From: a virus
Taxonomy: Duplodnaviria; Caudoviricetes
Strand: one strand, 5' to 3'
Virus record (IMG/VR): IMGVR_UViG_3300037483_000369
Span: 1-27,879 of that record
Length of the DNA: 27,879 nt
Shown here in pieces: positions 5,526 through 13,913 of this stretch. The notes under the pieces are model-generated. The model did no database searches and was not told where the DNA came from. It worked only from the letters and a program-made list of their open reading frames with translations. The position numbers and the translations under genes were made by a program. Numbering within the stretch: the first letter of the stretch is position 1; every line of letters starts with the position of its first letter.

Positions 5526-7003
5526 CCTGGGAGGTGCGCCAGGGCGATTGCGTGGCCGTGCTCCGAGAGCTGCCGGACGCTTCGGTCGATTCGTGTGTGA
5601 CGGACCCGCCGTACGGCCTCGAGTTCATGGGCGCGGACTGGGACGGCTCCGATGGCTTCCGGCGCAGCCTGAATGTAGCGGACGCGGGACGGGACAACGC
5701 CTTCGGGCGAGCGTCGCGGACCTCGCCTGAGTACCGGGCCGGGCACCTCTTCCAGGACTGGTGTGAAGTCTGGGCGCGTGAGGTGCTCCGGGTGCTCCGC
5801 CCGGGCGGGCACCTCCTCGCCGCAGGAGGAACACGGACCTATCACCGGATGGTCTGCGCCATCGAGGACGCCGGGTTCGAGATCCGGGACTCGCTGCACT
5901 GGGTGTACGGGTCTGGATTCCCGAAGTCGCTCGACGTGAGCAAGGCGATCCAAGAGGCGACGCACAGAACCGGATCGTGGCGTGGCTGGGGCACGGCCCT
6001 GAAGCCGTCCCACGAACCGATCGTCCTCGCCCGCAAGCCGCTCCAAGGCACGGTGGCGGCGAACGTGATCGCGCACGGGACGGGCGGGATCAACGTCGAG
6101 GGGTGCAGGGTGGGTTGGGGAGGGGAGGCCGACAAGGCGAGCGGACGCCCAGCCTCCTTCGCGAAAGCACATGATGGATTCAACGGAGAAGCGTTCAAGA
6201 TCGCGGACCGCTCGCACCGGAACCCAGTAGCGGAGCAGCCTGCCGCCGGCCGTTGGCCCCCGAACCTCCTCCTGACGCACGCGCCGGACTGTGGCGAGAC
6301 CTGCGCCCCCGGCTGCCCGGTGGCCGAGCTCGACAGGCAGAGCGGGGCGCTGACGAGCGGGGAGCGTCACGGGCCGTCATCCGCGGACGCTGGGCGGCTC
6401 TTCGGGCTCCACGGCGGCCCGTGCCCTGGCGACTCCGGCGGTGCCTCCCGCTTCTTCCCGGTCTTCCGTTACTGCGCCAAGCCCTCCCGGGCGGAACGCG
6501 ACGCGGGGCTCGAGGACGTGCTGCCGACGACCGGGGGCGAGGCGACCGAGCGCGCCGATGACAGCGCCGGCACCCAATCCCCGCGCTCGGGAGCTGGGCG
6601 GAACGGTGGGGCGCGGAACTTCCACCCCACCGTGAAACCGATCCGGCTCATGGAGTGGCTCGTGCGGCTCGTGACGCCGCCGGGCGGTCTGGTCGTCGAC
6701 CCGTTCACCGGGAGCGGCACGACCGGATGCGCCGCCGTGCGCCAGGGGTTCGATTTCCTCGGCGTCGAGCGCGAGGAACCGTTTGTCCAGCTCGCCGTCC
6801 GGCGTATCGGGCTCGCCGCGGGCGCACCCAGGGCTAGGCGACTCGGCGATCTTGTCCGCCTGAAACCGGCACCGTCCGTGCCGCAACTGGCGCTCTTCGA
6901 TTCACCCGCAGTAGTCCCCACCACCCCCTCCGGCTCAACCGCCCCGGCGCTCGGCCGCGACGGCGGCCCGGAGGGGGTGGCGTGTATCCCGGTGACCCCA
7001 TGA
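5522..7003 (+). CDS. Orphan DNA N6-adenine/N4-cytosine methyltransferase, beta class
   Basis: Catalytic DPPY near the N-terminus; HPTVKP and the SAM-binding DPFTGSGTTG near the C-terminus; no adjacent restriction enzyme recognised. Confidence 0.95.
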   Translation: MTWEVRQGDCVAVLRELPDASVDSCVTDPPYGLEFMGADWDGSDGFRRSLNVADAGRDNAFGRASRTSPEYRAGHLFQDWCEVWAREVLRVLRPGGHLLAAGGTRTYHRMVCAIEDAGFEIRDSLHWVYGSGFPKSLDVSKAIQEATHRTGSWRGWGTALKPSHEPIVLARKPLQGTVAANVIAHGTGGINVEGCRVGWGGEADKASGRPASFAKAHDGFNGEAFKIADRSHRNPVAEQPAAGRWPPNLLLTHAPDCGETCAPGCPVAELDRQSGALTSGERHGPSSADAGRLFGLHGGPCPGDSGGASRFFPVFRYCAKPSRAERDAGLEDVLPTTGGEATERADDSAGTQSPRSGAGRNGGARNFHPTVKPIRLMEWLVRLVTPPGGLVVDPFTGSGTTGCAAVRQGFDFLGVEREEPFVQLAVRRIGLAAGAPRARRLGDLVRLKPAPSVPQLALFDSPAVVPTTPSGSTAPALGRDGGPEGVACIPVTP

Positions 7004-7182
7004 CCCGTCCCCGCACCGAACCGCTCGCCCCCGCCCGCATCCGCATCGTCCACCTGCCCGCGCCGGACGGTCGCGCGCTCTGCGGGTCGCGGGTGCCGGG
7101 GCATGAGATTTCCGCTGTGGCGCAGCCTCGGGATCGGTGCCTGACTTGCGCGCGGCTGGGGGAGGGGACGTGCAGACCCTGA
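7000..7182 (+). CDS. Small putative zinc-finger protein (60 aa)
   Basis: H...ALCG...CLTC; ATGA overlap upstream. Confidence 0.6.
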   Translation: MTRPRTEPLAPARIRIVHLPAPDGRALCGSRVPGHEISAVAQPRDRCLTCARLGEGTCRP

Positions 7183-8600
7183 GACCATACCAATCCCGAG
7201 CCCTCGACGGATGCCGCGCCAGCATCGCCGCGGGGCGCAAGCGCGTGATCCTTGTGGCTCCTACAGGCTCAGGCAAGACGACGATCGCCGCGGCGATCAT
7301 CCACGCCGCCGCGGCCAAAGGGAAGCGCGTGCTCTTCCTCGCCCACCGCAAGGAACTCATCGACCAGGCCATCACGCGCCTCGCTGAGCACGACATCGCC
7401 GCCGGCATCATTATGGCCGGCCGCCAGCCATTTCCGCACCGTGCCGTCCAAGTCGCGAGCGTGCAGACCCTCGCGCGGCGTGAGGTGCCTCCGTCCGATC
7501 TCGTCATCGTCGATGAGTGCCACCACGCGCGCGCGAAGTCCTACCAGCGCGCGATCGGAGCGGCTCCCGTCACGCTCGGCCTCACGGCCACGCCGTGGCG
7601 GACCGACGGCCGCGGGCTCGGGGAACTATTCGAAGGCGTCGTGGTGGCGGCCCGACCCGCCGAGCTCATCACGGACGGCTATCTCTGCCCTGTGACGGGC
7701 TTCGCCTACGACGCGCCCGACCTCTCCGGCGTGAAGACGGCCGCGGGCGACTACGAGGAAGGGGGCGCAGCGGCCGTGATGGCGTACGTTGGGGGCAACG
7801 TCGTCCAGAGGTGGATCGACTTCCGCCCGGGCCGATCGGTCCTCTTTGCCTGCACTATCGAGCACAGCCGGCAGATGGTCGAGCGCTTCCGCGACGCGGG
7901 AGTCATAGCCGAGCACCTCGACGGCACCACCCCAATCGCAGAGCGCGCAGCGATCCTCTCCCGGCTCGCGTCTGGGGCCACAGAGGTGGTCTGCAACGTA
8001 GGCGTGCTCACTGAGGGGTGGGACCTACCCTCGCTGCGGTGCGTGATTCTCGCGCGCCCCACGAAGTCGCTGGGGCTCTACATCCAGATGGCGGGGCGCG
8101 GGCTCCGACCCGCCGACGGCAAGGCCTGTGCTCGCATCCACGACCACGCCGGCAACGCGCTCCGCCACGGCCCGGTCGACCTCGACCGGAACTACTCACT
8201 CGACAAGGACACGTCACGCGGCGAGAAGGCCCCCGCTACCAAGACCTGCCCCAAGTGCTTCGCGATCTTCTCGCCTGGGCCGAAGGAGTGCCCCGCGTGC
8301 GGCGCAGATCTGCGGCCTGAGCCTGGGACGGCGCGCGCGATCAATGAGGTCGAGGGCGTGGAGGTCTCACTCGATGAAGTGCGGCGGCGGTATGTGCCGG
8401 GAGGGGAGGCGCTCCCGGTGTACCGGCAGCTCGTCGCGGAGGCTGCCGCCCGCGGGTGGAAGCCAGGGTGGGCATCGGTCGAGTTCCAACGCAGGTACGG
8501 ATTCTGGCCGCGCAAGGAGTGGCGCGCGGCGGAAGTCGCGCCCGTGGACGACGTGGCGCGCGTCCTCGCTGCCGCCCGCCGGGCCGGCGAGGCCGCATGA
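7170..8600 (+). CDS. SF2 DEAD/DEAH-box helicase (RadD/YejH-like) with C-terminal Zn ribbon
   Basis: LRPYQ, APTGSGKT, DECHH, LTATP, LTEGWD, QMAGRGLR, CPKC/CPAC. Confidence 0.95.
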   Translation: MQTLRPYQSRALDGCRASIAAGRKRVILVAPTGSGKTTIAAAIIHAAAAKGKRVLFLAHRKELIDQAITRLAEHDIAAGIIMAGRQPFPHRAVQVASVQTLARREVPPSDLVIVDECHHARAKSYQRAIGAAPVTLGLTATPWRTDGRGLGELFEGVVVAARPAELITDGYLCPVTGFAYDAPDLSGVKTAAGDYEEGGAAAVMAYVGGNVVQRWIDFRPGRSVLFACTIEHSRQMVERFRDAGVIAEHLDGTTPIAERAAILSRLASGATEVVCNVGVLTEGWDLPSLRCVILARPTKSLGLYIQMAGRGLRPADGKACARIHDHAGNALRHGPVDLDRNYSLDKDTSRGEKAPATKTCPKCFAIFSPGPKECPACGADLRPEPGTARAINEVEGVEVSLDEVRRRYVPGGEALPVYRQLVAEAAARGWKPGWASVEFQRRYGFWPRKEWRAAEVAPVDDVARVLAAARRAGEAA

Positions 8601-8920
8601 GCGAGACCATCCTCATGCAGAGCATCCTCCTCGCCCTGGGGTGCCGTCCAGACTGTCGCGTGTGGCGCCAAAACACCGGGCGTCTCCCCGACCCGCGCAC
8701 CGGCCGCTGGATCTCGTTCGGCCTGAAGGGCTCCGCCGACATCCTCGGGATCCTCCGCGGCGGCCGGTTCCTCGCCATTGAGACCAAGACACCCACGGGC
8801 CGCCTGCGGCCAGAACAGGTGGCATTCCGCGACATGGTGACCTCTCTCGGTGGGCTCTATGTGGTGGCGCGGTCGGTCGAGGACGCCGTGCTGGCCGTGG
8901 AGGGCGCATGTTGCAGGTAA
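8597..8920 (+). CDS. VRR-NUC (PD-(D/E)xK) nuclease
   Basis: GSADILG..GRFLAIETKTPTGRLRPEQ. Confidence 0.9.
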   Translation: MSETILMQSILLALGCRPDCRVWRQNTGRLPDPRTGRWISFGLKGSADILGILRGGRFLAIETKTPTGRLRPEQVAFRDMVTSLGGLYVVARSVEDAVLAVEGACCR

Positions 8921-11034
8921 CCCTCGGCGCGGGTCTGCGCAACCCCCAGGGTCTCGCGGTCCAGCTCAATGGCGATCCGGTCAACGAGCTCGCTCGCATC
9001 CTCGGGGAGCGCACGGGCCGGGAAGCGTGGTGGTCGGGGCACACGTACCGCGATGACCGGCGAAGCGCGGCGGCGTGGCTGGGCTCGAGCTGCATTCACA
9101 TCGACCTCGACCACCATGACGCGGACGGGAAGCACGTCGAGATGCCGGCCGAGCTCGCCTCCCGGCTCGAGACGGGGGCGAGCGCCGGGGCCATCCCTGG
9201 CAACCTCCTCCACCTCACGCCACGCGGCGCCCGTGTCGTGTTCGTCCTCGCTGAGCTCTGTACCGACCGCGACGCCTACAGGGCCGCCGCGCGCGCGGCG
9301 GCAGCGGCCGTCCGGCGCGCCGTGGCGCACCTCCCGGCGCTCCTCTTGGACGACGCCGTGCTCCTCGACCTGGCGCGGCTGCTCTATGCGCCCAATGCGA
9401 CCGTCAGCGGCGTGGAGCGCCACGCGGCCATGGTCGTGATGCGCCCCGAGCCAACGGCGGCGGCCACCCTCCAGCCCCCGCCTACCCCAGAGCCGGCGCG
9501 GCCCCCCGCGATCGGCGACCCCTCTATCTCGACCGCGATCGAGCGCTACAACGCCGACCACCTGCGCGACTTCCCGCGGAACGGTGGCGAGTGCCCCGTT
9601 TGCGGCCACAAGGGATGCTTCGGCCAGCTCCCCGAGGACCCAGCGAAGTGGACGTGCTTTTCCGTCGGGCACAGCGGCGCCGGACGGCAGGGACAGGGGT
9701 GCTGGTACGGCGATGCCCTCGACCTCGACGCACACGCGGCCGGAGTCCAGGCGATCGAACTGCTCCGCCGCGGCGGCTACCTCGCGCGGCGGCCGGAGCC
9801 ATCGTGCGCGCCCCCCGAGTCCGACGTCGCCTCAGTCACCGAGCCCACGCCGCTCACGAAGAGCTACGCCAGCGCCTGCCGCGTCCTGCGGGATCCGGAG
9901 CTCCGGACAGTGGTGCTCGGGACGTCCCACCCGCTCGAGTGGAACGAGATGACCCGGGCGGCAGAGTGGGGCCGCAACGCGCTGGACGATCGGATGCTGG
10001 GGATGATCCGCGAGCGGTGCGAGCTATTCCTCCGCGACAAGAAGGGCCGCCGGCTCGAGCTCTCCCGGGAGAACATCGAGTGCGCCGCCCTCCAGGTGGC
10101 GCACGAGAACGCCTACCACCCGGTGCGCGACTACCTGCGGCGCCTACGCTGGGATGGCGTGCTGCGCATCGAGAGCCTCGCCGAGGACGTGCTGTCGCTC
10201 TCGCCCACCGATCTCCAGCGCTCCATGCTCCGGAAGTGGTTGATCTCAGCGGTGGCGCGCGCGATGCGCCCGGGGTGCAAAGTGGACTCGGTGCTCATCC
10301 TGGTCGGCCCCCAGGGCGTGGGGAAGTCGACGTTTTTCTCCGCGCTCGCCGGCCCGTTCTTCCGCGACTCCATGGTCGACCTGGCGAGCAAGGACGCCTA
10401 CCAGGTGCTGCACGGCTCCTGGATCTTCGAGTGGGCCGAGCTCGAGACGATGGCGCGCAGCAAGCGCGCGGCCACGGTCAAGGCGTTCGTTACCTCGCGC
10501 GTCGACTCCTACCGGCCGGCGTACGCGCGCAGCGCCCAAGACTACCCCCGCTCGTGCGTGATCGTCGGCAGCACGAACGATGACGCCTTTCTCGAGGACC
10601 CGACCGGCAACCGGCGGTTCTGGATCGTCCCCACAGATCGGCCCGTCGACACGGACAGCCTAAAGGGGATGCGCGACCAGATCTGGGCAGAGGCCGTCGC
10701 CGCGTTCGCGGCCGGTGAGCCGTGGTGGCTCACGGAGCAGGAAGAGCGCGACCTCGCGCCCGCGCAGGAGGAGCACGTCGAGTCTGATGCTTGGGAGGAT
10801 CTCGTTCTCCGGTACGCCGAGGCACAGGCGTACGTGACGATGGGCGGCGTGCTCACCGCCGCCGTCGGCAAGCCGAAGGAGCAATGGGATCGGCGCGACC
10901 AAAATCGCGTGGCGGCCATCCTCCGGCGAGCCGGATACCACAGAGAGAAAAGGCGAGATGCAAGCGGCGTGCAATTCAAGGCGTGGCGCCGTCCCGGTAC
11001 TCTGCTCCCCACCCTAGACCGAGCCGAAAAATGA
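8908..11034 (+). CDS. Replication protein: putative primase N-terminus, Zn finger and VapE/VirE-like helicase
   Basis: Walker A GPQGVGKS, YHPVRDYL..L.WDG..R, GSTND..FLEDPTGNRRFW, CPVCGHKGC. The primase call for the N-terminus (HIDLD) is weaker. Confidence 0.9.
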   Translation: MLQVTLGAGLRNPQGLAVQLNGDPVNELARILGERTGREAWWSGHTYRDDRRSAAAWLGSSCIHIDLDHHDADGKHVEMPAELASRLETGASAGAIPGNLLHLTPRGARVVFVLAELCTDRDAYRAAARAAAAAVRRAVAHLPALLLDDAVLLDLARLLYAPNATVSGVERHAAMVVMRPEPTAAATLQPPPTPEPARPPAIGDPSISTAIERYNADHLRDFPRNGGECPVCGHKGCFGQLPEDPAKWTCFSVGHSGAGRQGQGCWYGDALDLDAHAAGVQAIELLRRGGYLARRPEPSCAPPESDVASVTEPTPLTKSYASACRVLRDPELRTVVLGTSHPLEWNEMTRAAEWGRNALDDRMLGMIRERCELFLRDKKGRRLELSRENIECAALQVAHENAYHPVRDYLRRLRWDGVLRIESLAEDVLSLSPTDLQRSMLRKWLISAVARAMRPGCKVDSVLILVGPQGVGKSTFFSALAGPFFRDSMVDLASKDAYQVLHGSWIFEWAELETMARSKRAATVKAFVTSRVDSYRPAYARSAQDYPRSCVIVGSTNDDAFLEDPTGNRRFWIVPTDRPVDTDSLKGMRDQIWAEAVAAFAAGEPWWLTEQEERDLAPAQEEHVESDAWEDLVLRYAEAQAYVTMGGVLTAAVGKPKEQWDRRDQNRVAAILRRAGYHREKRRDASGVQFKAWRRPGTLLPTLDRAEK

Positions 11035-11059
11035 CAATCGCGAGCAATATCAACGAGTT

Positions 11060-11255
11060 GTCCCCTGGTACCGACGGTACCGCACCGGCGCGATCCCATT
11101 ATCTACCCCATGCGCTGGTGCTCACTGCTACCCCCTACTCTATAGAGAGTAGAGAGAGAGAGAGAGTACCAGGGTACCAGAGTACCAACGGCGGTGATTG
11201 CGCGGGGTTGGGTGCGGGACCCTGTGAAACACCCCCAGGTACCTGGAGTACCATC
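11060..11255. other. Putative replication origin with GTACC repeats and a GA tract
   Basis: Seven (G/A)GTACC copies, a purine tract at about 11144-11166, locally lower GC, directly after the primase-helicase gene. Confidence 0.55.
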
Positions 11256-11413
11256 GGCGCGGCATTGCTCCGCTTGCTCGCCCCCGTCCCTCACGTCGAG
11301 CAGCGCCCCTCCCGGCCTCTCCTCTCCGTCCGCCAACGCGACCGGGACGAGGCGCGCCGGCCATCCGTCCGCAATCCCGAGCTCCTCGGCGTGGGGTCGT
11401 TCTGGAGGGCGTC

Positions 11414-11725
11414 GTGAGCCGGCGTCCCCCCGCAGCCCCCCGCCCCCGCACCAAGAGGCCCCCCGGACCGGAGCGTGCGCCTCAGGGCAACGTCGTGCGT
11501 CCTGGGGCCGACCGGGACGAGGTGCTCTACCCGCCGCTGCCGACGTCCCCGCCCCTCTCGCCGACCCCCGACCCCTCCTGTGCCGCCTGCTGGCTCGTCG
11601 CCCCGCTCGTGGCCCTCGCTGCCCGCTGGCGGGAGGAGGCGGACCGGGCGGACACAGTGGGCGAGGTGGTGGCTTGCGAACGGCATGCGCGGGAGGTGCT
11701 GGGGATGTGTGGGAGGGACGGATGA
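11414..11725 (+). CDS. Hypothetical protein (103 aa)
   Basis: SD GGAGG; ATGA overlap with the next gene. Confidence 0.55.
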   Translation: MSRRPPAAPRPRTKRPPGPERAPQGNVVRPGADRDEVLYPPLPTSPPLSPTPDPSCAACWLVAPLVALAARWREEADRADTVGEVVACERHAREVLGMCGRDG

Positions 11726-12114
11726 GCACTCCCGCCCTCGATGACTACTTCGCCTGCGACCACCCCTGCGGCCGGGCGCGGATTCGCTACCGCCATTGTC
11801 TCGCGCAGCAGGGAGCCGAAATCGTCGTGCGGTACGGCGTCCAGTCCGGGCGCAAGGGCGCGGGCGCGCACCGGGTGTCGGTCCATCTCCAGCCGTACTG
11901 CGCGACTGAGTGCGCCCGTGGAAAAGAGATCCGGGCGATGTTCGGGCCGGCGCCGGAACGGGCAGACCCGCGCCGCAAGCCATGGACCGAGGCCGAGTCC
12001 GCGAGGGCGGTAGCTACCGATGCGAAGCACCTGTGCGACCTGCGCATGCTCTCGGACGAGGATCTGCGGGCGTGCGCGGTGGAACTGGATCAGCGGCAGA
12101 GGGGGGTGGCGTGA
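11722..12114 (+). CDS. Hypothetical Cys-rich protein (130 aa)
   Basis: SD GGGAGG; FACDHPC...HC...CATECARG; overlaps at both ends. Confidence 0.7.
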   Translation: MSTPALDDYFACDHPCGRARIRYRHCLAQQGAEIVVRYGVQSGRKGAGAHRVSVHLQPYCATECARGKEIRAMFGPAPERADPRRKPWTEAESARAVATDAKHLCDLRMLSDEDLRACAVELDQRQRGVA

Positions 12115-12626
12115 ACCGGAAAGAGCGGACCGAGCTCGCGACAGCGATTCACGCCGCGACCGGGCTACTCGTCCCGCGCGCTGGCGGCCCGGGGTACACG
12201 ACGCAGGAGGATGTGCGGCGCGCCGTCGCGATCCTGCGCGCGCTCCGGTTCGAGTCGGCGCGTGCGGTTGCGGACTCACTCGAGAGACAGATCCCTTTCC
12301 TCACCCCCCTCGACCCCGGGACGACGGTGGGGGGCTGCCCGCTGCACTGCGGGGTGACGGCGGTCGAGTGCGTGGCGCGGCAGATACACGCGGAAATCGA
12401 GACGCGGGGCGCTCCGACGACTCGAGCATGTCGGCGCCGGGCGGACCCCGATCGGCCCAGGGAACTGGCCAGGCACGACGGGAAGCGCGGGACTGCGGCA
12501 TCCCGGCCCACATGCACCACGGTGCTCTGCTCGGTCGGAGCGTGCGTGCGTGCGGTCCTGGGTGACACCGCGGAGGCTCGAGCCATGGCGGCTCGAGCGC
12601 CCCGGGATGCGGAGGAGCCGTCGTGA
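12111..12626 (+). CDS. Hypothetical Cys-rich protein (171 aa)
   Basis: GTGA overlap; CPLHC..ECVARQ...CTTVLCSVG resembles the Cys pattern of the preceding gene. Confidence 0.65.
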   Translation: MNRKERTELATAIHAATGLLVPRAGGPGYTTQEDVRRAVAILRALRFESARAVADSLERQIPFLTPLDPGTTVGGCPLHCGVTAVECVARQIHAEIETRGAPTTRACRRRADPDRPRELARHDGKRGTAASRPTCTTVLCSVGACVRAVLGDTAEARAMAARAPRDAEEPS

Positions 12627-12628
12627 TG

Positions 12629-12844
12629 CTACCGCGTGAGCGCCTGTCCGCACGGGGAGTCGGCCGGGATCATGTTCGGTGCCTCGCACGCGGGGCAGCC
12701 CTGGTATCGGCTGGCGAGTCTCCACACGGAGTACATGAGTCCAGGCAGCAAGAACATGAACCACAGCACCAACTCCCAGAGGATCGAACCCTTCGTGTAC
12801 GTGACCGGTTCGCCCTGCGTCCCGCACCGCGAGCAGACCATCAT
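12629..12844 (-). CDS. Small membrane protein with CxxC-hydrophobic segment-CxxC (LITAF/Pmp3-like), moron-like
   Basis: MMVCSRCG...KGSILWELVLWFMFLLPGLMYSVWR...CPAC; SD-like AGGGGG upstream on the minus strand. Confidence 0.8.
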   Translation of the reverse strand: MMVCSRCGTQGEPVTYTKGSILWELVLWFMFLLPGLMYSVWRLASRYQGCPACEAPNMIPADSPCGQALTR

Positions 12845-12927
12845 GGCGTGAGTGCCCCCTGGGGCGGTAAGGGTACCAGAATGCGGAGCGATAGCGCGAA
12901 GATGGCGAAACAACAAGGGAACGGCTG

Positions 12928-13419
12928 ATGCCGCGGGCTGCTCCCCACACGTGCGCTGGCCCCGGGTGCCGCGTCGCCGTCTCACACGGCGAGCGGTGGT
13001 GCCCGACCTGCAAAACCGAGCACGGCCGGGCGGACCGGGAGCGGCGCGGCTCGGCACGAGACCGCGGGTACGACGCGCGGTGGGATCGGTACCGGGAAGG
13101 CTATCTGGCGACGCACCCGCTCTGCGTCGAGTGCGCTGTAGGCGTGCCGCTACCCGGCGGCGTCGCTCCAGTGGCTGTGACGCCTGCGACCGTGGTGGAC
13201 CACATCCAGGCACATAAAGGCGATCCGGGTCTGTTCTGGTCCCCGGCCAACCACCGCGCGGTCTGCAAGCCGCACCACGACGCGCGGGTCGATGAGGGGG
13301 ACTTCGGTCGACCCGCTCCGGGTGGGGGGGGTCGCATCCTGGGCGCACTCGCGGGGCGGACCGGCCTACCCAGGCCTTGCAAAATATGGCGAAAGTACCG
13401 AACAGGGGGTAGCCGATGA
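12928..13419 (+). CDS. HNH endonuclease, terminase-associated (HK97 gp74-like)
   Basis: RGYDARW, HPLCVEC, VVDHI, N...CKPHH; immediately before terS. Confidence 0.92.
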   Translation: MPRAAPHTCAGPGCRVAVSHGERWCPTCKTEHGRADRERRGSARDRGYDARWDRYREGYLATHPLCVECAVGVPLPGGVAPVAVTPATVVDHIQAHKGDPGLFWSPANHRAVCKPHHDARVDEGDFGRPAPGGGGRILGALAGRTGLPRPCKIWRKYRTGGSR

Positions 13420-13913
13420 GGACCGGACGACCACGCAAGCCCGACGCGCTTAAGAAGTTCGAAGGGACGTACCGCAAGGACCGGGCCAACCCGGCGGCGC
13501 TTGACTTGCCGCCCGGGGTTCCGGAGCGCCCTGCGGGGCTCGACCGGGACGCGACGGCGATCTGGACGGAGCTCACCACGGACGCAGCGTGGCGGGTCGT
13601 GCTCACGCGGGTGGACGCGATCGGGCTCGAGCTCTTGGTGAAGCACATGTCGCTCGAGCGACGTTTCGCGGTCGCGGCGGCGAAGAAACCGATCGTGAAA
13701 ACGCCGTTCGGGCCGAAAGCGAACCCGGCGGTTTCCGAGTCGCGGAAGGAGGCGGCGGTGGTGAAGCAGCTCCTCTCCGAGTTCGGGCTCACGCCGTCGG
13801 CGCGCTCGCGCGTCAGCAAGCCGGGGGCGCCGGCGTCTCCGCTCGTCGGGACCGACGGGACGCCGCTCGTCGGGCCGGGGCTGCGCGCGATCGACGGGGG
13901 CAGGGTTGGGTAG
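13416..13913 (+). CDS. terS: Terminase small subunit (P27 family)
   Basis: GRPRKP...NPAV...EFGLTPSARSRV. Confidence 0.92.
   Translation: MRTGRPRKPDALKKFEGTYRKDRANPAALDLPPGVPERPAGLDRDATAIWTELTTDAAWRVVLTRVDAIGLELLVKHMSLERRFAVAAAKKPIVKTPFGPKANPAVSESRKEAAVVKQLLSEFGLTPSARSRVSKPGAPASPLVGTDGTPLVGPGLRAIDGGRVG

Noticed and set aside
5522-8920. Restriction-modification system (MTase, helicase, nuclease)
   Set aside because: The helicase and VRR-NUC are the usual phage replication types next to a primase, so the MTase looks orphan.
11031-11417. Protein-coding gene after the primase
   Set aside because: The frame is open and overlaps both neighbours, but it translates the GA tract and repeats with atypical codon use. 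It is better explained as an origin, though coding is not excluded.
12629-13819. 396-aa minus-strand ORF and other long antisense ORFs
   Set aside because: These are shadows of real genes in GC-rich DNA; only the last 71 aa of this one look like a real protein.
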